Source: Neoechinorhynchus agilis
Lineage: Eukaryota; Animalia; Acanthocephala
Assembly: GCA_051530055.1 (NCBI GenBank)
Contig: CM121341.1
Location: 9,154,784 to 9,218,783 of the forward strand
Reading direction: 5' to 3'
DNA: 64,000 nucleotides
Shown: piece after piece, positions 34,520 through 44,058 of the stretch
How the letters are laid out: the number at the start of each line of letters is the position of its first letter
How positions within the stretch are numbered: position 1 is the first letter of the stretch
The notes under the pieces: generated by a model
The model's database searches: none
What the model saw: the letters and a program-made list of their open reading frames with translations, nothing else
Told to the model about the DNA's origin: nothing
Position numbers and translations under genes: made by a program

Positions 34520-36060
34520 TGAGTATTTTCAGCCTGATTGCCGACAGACAAGAGCGTCCTGATGGCTCCCCGGTCGATCCGCAACGGCTAAGCGAGATAT
34601 TTTGTCGCAGGAATACACCTGCTCGTGCGCCCCTAGTCGTTTCTCTCAATTTCTTCGAGAGATCCTTGAGCAGAGTGCCCAGCTGCCAAGCGCTCCAAAC
34701 GTCCCTACTCCGAAAGGGACAAAATAGTGGGCCTTGCTAATTCTCTATATTTTCGTACCTTCCTCCCTCCCGCTGCACCTCCAGGGATTTCGAGAGAGTA
34801 CGGAACGTTGCTTACTGCGAGGGTGTCCACAAACGTGGCGTCCCAGAGAAGGCATTTGCCCTCCCCCCACGGAAAGACCGAAATTCCGTCAGGTCGACGA
34901 CCGTCTAGTCGACAAAGATTGGCGGGTTCCAATATGTTGGGGAAGTTGAAATTGCGCTGTTGATCTCAGAATGACGTGAGAACCTTCCTCCTGACTTTCG
35001 GCAAACGAGACCGTGTCGCCCGAAAGCATCAACCAAAGACTCACATCGACAGCGATGGGGCGTGCATATCGAGAGACCAAGTCTTAAGGACACTGCGATC
35101 CTCGTTACCTCATCAGTGAGAAGAGTTCCCACAGATGCCAGAGGAACAGCCTCCAACCACGCCCTCGATTCTCGTGTCGAAACTGCCAACAATCTAGTTC
35201 GGACGACCCCATCGCGAGAACCTAAAAGTGCAGAGCTGTGAGCTCTCGCGACGAGAGGTCTGTCCCAGATCGACTGTCTGAGCCCATCCACAGGAACATG
35301 GTTAGCGCCTGTCTGCTGGCACCTAGCGCCGAACATGCTTTCTCTATTGAGAGAGTTAAATTTGTTCTGGAAATCACACTTAAGAATCACGCACGGCTTT
35401 GAACTCCTCGTAGTAACGTTTCGGAGCGCGTGGACAATAGCTTCCGCCCCGCAGGACGTGCAGCAGCCCAGTTGGACTGGGCGAAGTTGCTGCCCGATTT
35501 TCTCTGTGATACGTTTACAGAGAATTTTTCCTGCAACTCACCGTATCGTCGAAGATACGGCGATGGGACCAATCACATCTTCTTTTTTGTCAGGGCACAT
35601 AATGATGCTCCGAAAAATAGGTCTTTTGCAACGGGATTCAAATCCTCTCCAATCAGGCGGTCGACTAACCGAGAAAGCGCACTTTCGAGAGAGGGAGAGG
35701 TGCTGAGGTCTTAGCCCGTCAAGCCCATGACCCGAACCATTTGCATAAGATGAGATCGCCTTTTTTAACTCTGAAATTTGAGTGGGTGTCCTGTCTTGTA
35801 TGGGAGGAGGTGGAATTTCAAAAGTGCCACTACTGCATGGGTGTTTTGGCCGACGTATTTGTAGTGTCGCGTCGTCTCCTTATGCAAAACTGTTGGAGGA
35901 TGACAATAACCGAACAGCCCCCGAACATCTCCGTTCGCAAGCTTCGAAGAAACACGTTCAGTCAGGGATCGTTTTGAAAAACGGCAACGAAACCCTTCGT
36001 GCGTAATCCGCAATTTCCGCGCTTCAGTGTGGCTCAAGATATCTAAAAAATTTGCCAAGA
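34520..36060 (-). mobile_element. CRE-like restriction-endonuclease non-LTR retrotransposon, internally deleted and frameshifted
   Basis: In order: AISSYANGSGHGLDGLRPQHL, FFGASLCALTKK..PIAV, EAIVHALR, ILKCDFQNKFNSLNRE (RT start); then directly WLEAVP..RIAVSLRLG, CRCESLVDAFGRHGLVC..RH (zinc knuckle), RPDGISVFPWGEGKCLLWDATFVDT and FLRQNISL (RLE domain). Confidence 0.82.
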
Positions 36061-36109
36061 CATTCGATCAAAATGTTTTAAATCTCGCCTTCTTTCGCTT
36101 CTCAACGAA

Positions 36110-36300
36110 AAGTTATCGCCCCTTCGCGATTTTACTTCCGGCCCAAATTTTCTGCAACCGATGCTCTACTTTGCATTTGTGACACGCTCCTACGTAACAT
36201 CAATAATGATTCCTCCCACGTCACCCGTTTCATTTAACTGGACTTATCGAAAGCTTTCGACTCAATGGACTATTCACTCCTTCTCCGGGCCTGCTCCGGT
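36110..36300 (+). mobile_element. CR1/L2-like LINE RT fragment, left part
   Basis: DALLCICDTLLRNINNDSSHVTRFI*LDLSKAFDSMDYSLLL; a homologous copy lies at 48340-48530. Confidence 0.75.
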
Positions 36301-37034
36301 CGAGAAAGCCAATAGAAAAGATGGTGAGTCTTTCAACGAGTTTGCAGATCGATTGCGGACGCTAAGTGTGTGCTGTAGCTACGGGGAAAACTTGGACGAA
36401 CGGTTAAGGGATCGTTTCGCTATTGGTTTGAACGATGCCCGAATCGAGACGGAGATAAGGTGCCGTTGGCCAGACGGGATATAGGAAAAAAAATTGTATC
36501 GATGACCCAATGGAACGAGCGATAGCTGAGATAAGACAAACGAAGGACGAAGATGCAGGTACGTTGCACCGGGTAGTGGCGAGAAACTTCGAGAAGTGGA
36601 ATCATGCTGATGATCGAAGAAGAAGAACCATCTGTAATCGATGTGGAAAAGTTCATAAAAGCAACGAGTCGTGTATTTTTCGAGGAGGAAACTCTCGGAC
36701 CTTTCCAAACAGCCGAGGAGGAAGATGTTTCAACTGTGGTAGATTTGGCCATTTTGCACGGAATTGTTTCCGATCGCAGGTCAAGCAGGTAAAACAGATT
36801 GGAGAGGAGGAAGAAGTGATTAGAAGCATCAACGCTGCTCGATAAAACCAAAAGTGGACGCTAATTCTTAAAGTCAATGGAAGATCAGTGGAGATGGAAT
36901 ATGACACCGGTGCCGGTGTCTCGATGCGGATTTGGACACAATTAGGATCTAAACCGCTTAGAGAGGGTCTTCGCCTAAAAGCATATGGTGGACAGGCACT
37001 CGACACTGTGGGAACTGCTCAAGTGGAGGTGGAA
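36301..37034 (+). mobile_element. Gypsy LTR retrotransposon gag and protease
   Basis: ESFNEFADRLRTL..LDERLRDRFAIGL, zinc knuckles CNRCGKVH..C and CFNCGRFGHFARNC, protease VNGRSVEMEYDTGAGVS. Confidence 0.85.
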
Positions 37035-39560
37035 TGAAAAGAAGGACTAATCCAGCGTTATCTCGGTCAAAAGCTCGGATATTCCTTACAGATATTTTGT
37101 CTGGTCCCAAAGCGCTTGCGAACTTAATGCCCTTAATTGCCTCATTAATCTCTTCAGCAGTAATAATCGGCCATGCATTCTCTAAGTTTTGATCGTCAAA
37201 ATTATCTACCGTAACTCCGCACAATCCAGTGTTGCTTCCAAAAAGAGTAGCAAAATGGGCGTGGACTAAGGAAGGCTTAAGCTTTAGTGACGTAGCATCG
37301 CGGTTCTGAAAAATTTCACTTGCTAATCGACTTGTGTTGCTAAAGTAAAGAGCGCGGTAGCGCTGTCGTTTGAGCTCCAGGCACTGACGTCCGTTCAACG
37401 CTCTGCTACGTACACATGGAAAAATTCCATTTTCTTCGGACCACATGTTGTAGGAGTTTGTCGCAATTTTCCGTGAACGAACTCTTCGAGGTTCGGCTGG
37501 CGAGCTTTGATATACCACAAAATGGCACTGATAGGCGTTAGCAGCTGCTTGCAAAATAAGAGTCGGTGAGGGTGCATGCGCCTTCCGCAAAGCCAATATT
37601 GCGTCGTCGATATTGATACTTGCGTCGGGAAGGTTCTCGGTTAGCGGCTCATATATTGCTCGATTATTGGACAATTCTTCAAGACAACGATTTTGAACTT
37701 GCCGCCACTGTGTGGGATTTCCGCATGTATGGAAGGCAATTGAGGCAAAGACAAGTGAAGCACACTTTCTTAGTTTTACAATTTTAAGACCTAGTACTTT
37801 GGCTCGCGATGATTGCGAGATTGCCGATCTTGTTGTTTTGCCACATTTGAGATAAGAATCATAGCGACTCCCAAGTCCCTCGACGAAGATCTGGCAAATT
37901 GGTCCGGTGAGATCTCGCCAATGACTCGCTTCCGATTCAAGATAGTACCTATAACGAGGGTGCAAGTCATTACGCTTGAGACATACCAGCAAAAATTCAT
38001 AGGCCTCAGACGCTGAGAACTCTGTTGCGCCAAAGCTATTAGCGCACGACTGGACACTTGACGAATCCAGTTCAATATTCGTTTGGCTTTCTTGGTTTTT
38101 TGCGAAGACATTGAATTGATCAGTGTTGTTTGTCTCGCTGCCACGCACAGACAAGTCCGGACGACTCAGAGAGTTGGAGGAGACTTGCGTCGATAAGTCT
38201 TCATACTCGAAGCCAGCTTCATCGACTTGTGGCGTGGCCCCGGACGACCCAAAGACATCGGCCTGGGAAATAAGCAGCTCCATATTTCTGGGCGTACATC
38301 CCTGCGGCGCTACGGAAGTGGGGCCACCCCGCACCTCTACAAGCTCGCCGGGCTGCTGGAAAGAAGGCTCGGAGCTCCGCGTGGTGTCCCGACCGCTTCG
38401 GGCCCTAGCGATGTCCGCACTTAGGACTCCCTCTTTGACTTTTGCGGGGCGTCGGATGCCTGTGAGTGCGCCGCGATGGGACAGTGCACTCGCCGCAAGC
38501 GGTGTACTTTTCCTAGAATGCACCTCGCAGTGTGCGAGGTTAGAGTTCTCTGCCCTATCATCTAGCGCCGAAGAGTTAGGTGCTGGACAGTAATGAAGGA
38601 GCTTAAGGACATAAGGAAGTAAGACGTTTCCTAGTCTGAAGTTGTTGTCCAAGACTTTTGACAAATCCGCTAAAAACGCCCTATCCCCGCACATATACGA
38701 AACACACTCGACGATATGGGCGGTGCTGGCACTCGAGAGCGCTAATGCAAACATCACACACAGGGCACGATGCCGGTCGCGAATTTCCACCGTAAATAAC
38801 CACGGCCTCGTCTTTGGCCGCCGATCCATTCCGTTGAGCGGCTTCCTTCTTAATCAACTTCTTAAATAAATTAGAGTTCTTCGTAATGCATTGACGCAGG
38901 TGGGTTCCTAAGCTCCCAGGTACACCGTGTCTGAACTTGCCGTGGACTTGGCAGACCCATGTTATAGGTGATCGGTGATGAATACTGAGCATATGCTCCG
39001 AAAACACTTGATGCCTAGTCTTGCCGACCGCTTGAAGGGGACATAGAGGGCACATAAGTGGCTTCTCTGCATTAAGAGGGTAAGCAACGTCAATTGGTGT
39101 GCACTCAATGTTACCGTTAGAGTTCTCGTGATTCGGGCAAGCGCTCATACTACACTTAAACTATTGAAGTAAATAAATGCTTTCACAGTACCTACGAACA
39201 CTCTCACGCTATAGGAATCACTTTACAAAGACTGCAAAGTTAATTGAAATTGATGAATTTTTTTTAAAATGACGTAAAACTTGACGCGGCAGACAGTTGC
39301 AAAAAACTGCGTCTCGAGAACTTCTTGCACAGAAACGTACAGAGGTTGGTTTAAAAGAAATCAGCGGTATTAAAAACCCCAAATCGCGACTTAGAGAATA
39401 AATAACTCCTTGTTTTCGAGAGCGAGTATGGGGGACGGATTAAAAGGTAGTGCTCAGGCGAGCGCCGCAATAATTAGAGCCCAGACCTTGACGAATTGAT
39501 CCGACCTGATACCAGCTGCGAATTAAAGCTCACAAACCTGATGGCTAGAAAATCTTCAAG
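37035..39560 (-). mobile_element. R2/NeSL-like non-LTR element, 5' part: three zinc fingers, OTU-like domain and RT N-terminal extension; 3'-truncated
   Basis: ORF 39148-38681 has CPLC..H..H and CQVH..H..C fingers. Removing one base near 38735 yields CPVC-x12-H-x3-C and joins ORF 38829-36958, which ends PIITAEEINEAIKGIKFASALGPDKIS (pre-RT motif of RLE elements). The 5' boundary is approximate. Confidence 0.75.
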
Positions 39561-39579
39561 ATTATTGATCTTTGAAAAT

Positions 39580-40350
39580 TTTTGTTGTGATAGAAATAAA
39601 AGTTGGACTATCAAACGGGTGGCAAGAGCTCTCTCATGGGATAGGTGTGGTATCCCCAAAAAATCAGATGGAGATGAAACAAGAGAAGGAATATGCTAAA
39701 TTGTTTTGGAATGAATTGGGGAAAATCAAGGGATATCAAGTGGAATTGTCAGTGAGAGTTGATGCGAGTCCAAATGTGACGACCGGAGTAAGTCCTGCGG
39801 TGGCGATGTTCGGACGCCCAATTCGAGTACTATTTGATAACCTTCACAAGGACGACCACGACACTAGGGTGGAAAACAACGAAAAATGGAAGGATAAGCA
39901 CGACCAAGGCTCAAAATGGAGGGAGTTCGAGAAGGACGAGCAGGTGTGGTGCAAGACGCAACATGATCGACGATGGTGTTCAGGGCGAGTGGAGAATCGA
40001 AATGGTCCCGTTTCCTATGAAGTTAGGACCGAAAGAGGGATAGAGAGAAAACACGCCGATCACCTGAGACCAGCAGTAGCCATAGCAGAGGCAGGGGAAT
40101 TGCCGCACGGGGAACAAACGCCCAGTGAGCCCATCAATGATGAACCAACGAATGAGACGGAAAGGGGATCCAATGTCACGGACCCATTGCGAAGGAGTAC
40201 GAGAATACGACGTCGACCTGAGTGGTTAAACGATTACGACACCTCCGGTCTCAATTAAGGAGGGTTTTTTGCAGTTGGTCAGGTTTTGAAATAACGTTAA
40301 TAAAACTTATCATGAAGAGTGAAGATACTTCAGGTCTCAACTTGTGGCAG
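39580..40350 (+). mobile_element. Gypsy right part: pre-RT linker fused in frame to the integrase C-terminus, then PPT and a possible LTR remnant
   Basis: YAKLFWNELGKIKGYQVEL joined to SPNVTTGVSPAVAMFGRPIR and GPVSYEV..KHADHLRP; purine tract aaggaggg follows the stop. Confidence 0.78.
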
Positions 40351-40351
40351 A

Positions 40352-40830
40352 TCCGCTGGCTCGAATCTTATCCTCACAATCGCAAACAATACATTCACTG
40401 CCGTTCTGCCTCTTCTGCCAGCCTATCCCTCACCCGCCGTACTATTACCAACTTTTCTTTAATATTTTCCTAAACGACTTCAAACCTCTCTCCTCTCACT
40501 CTAAACTCTTCTTACACGCTGACCATATCACCCTCATCACCCATTTACCACCCCTCATCTCCCTTTCCTTAACCTCTAACGAAATCATCCATATCAAAGA
40601 TTTCTGCACTAATCATAAACTCCACCTGAATTTCTCTAAATGCCTCGAAATGATCTCTTCTCTCCCTCCCGCAACCCCACATTATCACCTGAGCTCCTAA
40701 ATTACATCCTACGAGTTACCTCCCTAAGAATTCTGAGTCTCCAATTTCAATCAAATTTGAAGTGGGACTCGCGCATCAATCTCCCTCAAGCACAATACTT
40801 TTAAAATTTTATCTCCTCAAATGCCTCCGG
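40352..40830 (+). mobile_element. CR1/L2-like LINE RT fragment, right part
   Basis: IRWLESYPHNRKQY, LFFNIFLNDF..LFLHADHITL (degenerate YADD), LHLNFSKC; continues the 36110-36300 fragment. Confidence 0.72.
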
Positions 40831-41673
40831 CATTTAGTTTCAGTCGATTGTAGGCGATATGAACGCAGTTCGCGATGTTTTTTTGGCCGTGGAAAGCTCA
40901 TTTTCAAGGCAGGGCTCAACATTTGGCTCTCTTCCTCAAACTTAGGAATCGAAGCAAAAAACTTAATGCTTTCTAAGGTATGACAAATGTACTTGTTCTT
41001 TACGAAGTTTTTGATGGTCTTAATTTTTGTGTGATATCTAGGCAACTTTTACGTATAAAATTTTGCATGGTAAATCGCTGTATTTATTTTGAAGAGTTTT
41101 TGAACTTCGTTTATACAAAATTTATATCTCGTGTTATTCACATAAAAAACAACTAACTAGTTCATTTCAGTCGATTGTAGGCGATATGAACGCAGTTTGC
41201 GATGTCTTTTTGGCCGTGGAAAGCTCATTTTCAAGGCAGGGCTCAACATTTGGCTCCATTGTTGCCAAAGTCTTGCTTGTCACTGGGATGATAAAGCGTA
41301 GAGCGCAGTCTTTGTCAAGTGAAGAACAAAAAGTTGTGAATTATTTAAAAAAGCTTAAAGATGTCATCTAAAATTTGTTGCTACAATAAAAATTGAGCCA
41401 AAAACACTTCATGTCCGTTCTAAATTAAATGTAGATTGAAAATGCAAAAGCGTAAAAGTTAATTAAATCCAATCTGAAAAGAATTGAATGAACATATTGA
41501 AGAAAAACGATTTTAATAACTACAAAATACTTGGGAGAATATAAAAAACTTCGTAAAGAACAAGTACATTCGTCATACGTGAGAAAGCATTAAGCTTTTT
41601 GCTTGAAATATTGCACAAGAGATTACTCTCAGCTCAAGTTTAGAAGTGCGAAATTTGTATCAAAAAGAAACTT

Positions 41674-42213
41674 TTGCTTTATAAACAAAGTCGTTTCATT
41701 TTCTACAAAAAGAATTTAACAATGAGCTGCGTAACATTTGGCAATCTTACGATTAAATTAGAGGACGGGCGAACGTATACCATTCATTGTCGGTCCGAGG
41801 ATTTCGTTTACAACATAAAGCTAAAAATCCAACAAGAATCCAATATTCTAAAATTAGTGCAGTCTTTGTTCTTTAATGAGGAAGAGTTAAATGATTATTT
41901 GAGACTTTCTGACTACGGCATAAGTCCAGGATCAACTCTTGATCTTAAGTTTAAAAAAGAGGAGCCAATCGAAATCAACGTCGCAATAACCGAGGAACGA
42001 AGAAACTTACCTTTAAAGGTCCTGCTCTCGAGCACCGTTGGCGAATTACGAAACCAACTGCAAAATGAAGGCGTCCAATTGGAGGGACAATCTTTGATTT
42101 GTACAGGACGCGTTTTAAAGGATTCAGAAAGATGGATAAACCTTGATGTGGTCAATGGCGGAACAATTTATCTATCGAGGATCATTAAAGGAGAAAATTC
42201 AGGAAGAGAATAG
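41674..42213 (+). CDS. Divergent di-ubiquitin-like protein (two UBL domains, ends IKGENSGRE)
   Basis: LTIKLEDGRTYTI..VYNIKLKIQQE..QSLFFNEEELNDYLRLSDYGI is ubiquitin-like; second domain QSLICTGRVLKD; likely ATG at 41722; paralogous to 25779-26339. Confidence 0.8.
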   Translation: MLYKQSRFIFYKKNLTMSCVTFGNLTIKLEDGRTYTIHCRSEDFVYNIKLKIQQESNILKLVQSLFFNEEELNDYLRLSDYGISPGSTLDLKFKKEEPIEINVAITEERRNLPLKVLLSSTVGELRNQLQNEGVQLEGQSLICTGRVLKDSERWINLDVVNGGTIYLSRIIKGENSGRE

Positions 42214-42679
42214 AGAGATCAATAAATTGTCCCCGATTTTAGAAGTTCGCTTTCGAGTATTTTTTAGCCGAACATTTAATTTCTCTTTAATGGTACTACC
42301 TCCGCTCTATAAAAGTTGTCACATTCGGATACTTTTGGTGCCATTATTTAAAAAGTAACGTGAATAATTCCTTTGAAGATTTCCTAACTTTTTACTGTTT
42401 CAATTATTCTATAAAAGTGCATATTGAAGAAAAATTAATAGTATTTAGTTAAAAAAAATAAAGCGAGATGAGAGGGAAAAATGAATTCGATCAGTAAAAT
42501 GTCAAGTTTTTAACGGGTTTTTAACTCACTTTTACAAAAAAAGGATGATAATCGAACATCCAAGAAATTGCAATTGTTCTTGTTTTAATGTTTTATACGC
42601 ACTTAATACAAAATGGTTGATAAGGCGAAGTTTAGACGCGAAATATTTTACCAAAAGATGTTTTATCCGGGATTATGAT

Positions 42680-42990
42680 CACTGCGAAGGTGTTCAATTA
42701 GACTTGAACCCCGGATCCCTCTTTCAGGGCAAAATGGTCCAACATCACGATCGCCGATGACTCCCAAGGAAAAAGGAGACGAAATACCTCGTTGAAAGGA
42801 ACAGGAAACTCACTAATGAGTCCTGCATCCTCCTCGGGAGGTATTTAAACATCCGGAGGGAAAATCGTAGAAACTCTTTACCGTATGGTTACGGGAATCA
42901 AGTGATTCAATCACTTCTCAGTTTTAAGACATCGATGCGGTTACATGCCAAGAAGCAAAACTAAAAAAGCCGAGGAAGAGATGTCATAAA
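42680..42990 (+). mobile_element. Degenerate copy D of the hammerhead-motif SINE-like family
   Basis: ccgatgactccc..ggagacgaaatacctcgttgaaagg..ggaaactcactaatgagtcc..gggaggtatttaaacatccggagg..aaactctttaccg..aagtgattcaatcacttc. Confidence 0.75.
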
Positions 42991-43249
42991 TCTGAATAAT
43001 GTTTTTTTTGAAAATGAAGGATGTCACTAACATAGAGAGAAAATGGTTTAATATCACAAAAAATTCCTTACATGAGTACCTCAAAGACAATGTAAAAGGT
43101 CAATAACTAATCAAGTTTTGTTTTTAATGGACACTTCTGATGGCTTTTATAACGAAAAATACGCTCAGCTTGTTGAGAAGTTCTGGGGCTTTGTCGAGCT
43201 GATGTCTAGAACTGTCCAAAGAATTGTCTGCGCAAAACAATATCAGTTA

Positions 43250-43660
43250 ATTCCCAGTAGATAGTTCCATGGGACCCTTGGCCAAAACCCAAACTCGAGT
43301 TGAAAGTGTGATAAAAAGTTGAATTATTGTAAAGACTCCGATTTGCTCATCGTTACAAAAGGAGGAAGTGAACGCCATTTTCGCGGATAATGGATATATA
43401 AACGTAAAATGGAGATCATGGGTTCCAGCAACGCCGTGATTTAAGATAGGAGAAATGAAACAGTGATCGTTCATGGAATCGACATGGAGGAAAACCGATT
43501 ATCAGCATTCCATATAAAAGTGAAAAGTTCACTAGTGACGCTCAAGCGAATCCTGACAAGAACCGGACATCATGAAACGACGGAAACAACTGTAAGACAG
43601 CGAATGCTCAAAAATAGAGGATTTTCTTTATCATTACAACAGGCCACTCAATCGTCAAAT
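43250..43660 (+). mobile_element. Probable Penelope-like element remnant (RT thumb/linker region)
   Basis: EEVNAIFADNGY and VIVHGIDMEENRLSAFHIKVKSSLVTLKRILTRT resemble the PLE ..L..NGYP and IPYxxGxSExxxRxLxKxxIxV..TLxxILT motifs; heavily decayed. Confidence 0.4.
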
Positions 43661-44058
43661 TAAAAACAAATCTTGAAAAATCATCGGGTTCGAAAGTGGA
43701 GTAGTATTTACTCATGCATCTAAAAACCAATACTTCGATGGAAAAAATTTGGAACCCGGTTTTCAAAGACAATGAGGGAACTCAAGTATCAAAAATGTTA
43801 CAGAATAGATCGGAACTGGAGCGATTTCCAACAAAAGTACAATTCTTCAATGTGTTAAAAGAGTGAATTAAAACAATATTGTAAAGTTGAAAATGTATCA
43901 ATGGGGTGTTATTAACAAATCGCATCTCCGAATTCCATCGATAGAAAAAAAGAGAAGCGATCAAACTCGCTACAAAATTTTGTCGCCACAATCTTACAAC
44001 GCTCTGTTGATCACTTATTGAATTGATTGCCGTGCAACTCGTTCATTAGTGAACACCG

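Noticed and set aside
35105-35120. ctcatcagtgag 12-mer identical to the hammerhead core
   Set aside because: It lies in the CRE coding frame (LTDE) with no GAAA strand or stems; treated as coincidence.
38735-38829. Captured host exon (RPWLFTVEIRDRHRALCVMF...) at the start of the 623-aa ORF
   Set aside because: A single-base frameshift gives a perfect CPVC-x12-H-x3-C finger from the other frame, so this stretch is an off-frame artefact.
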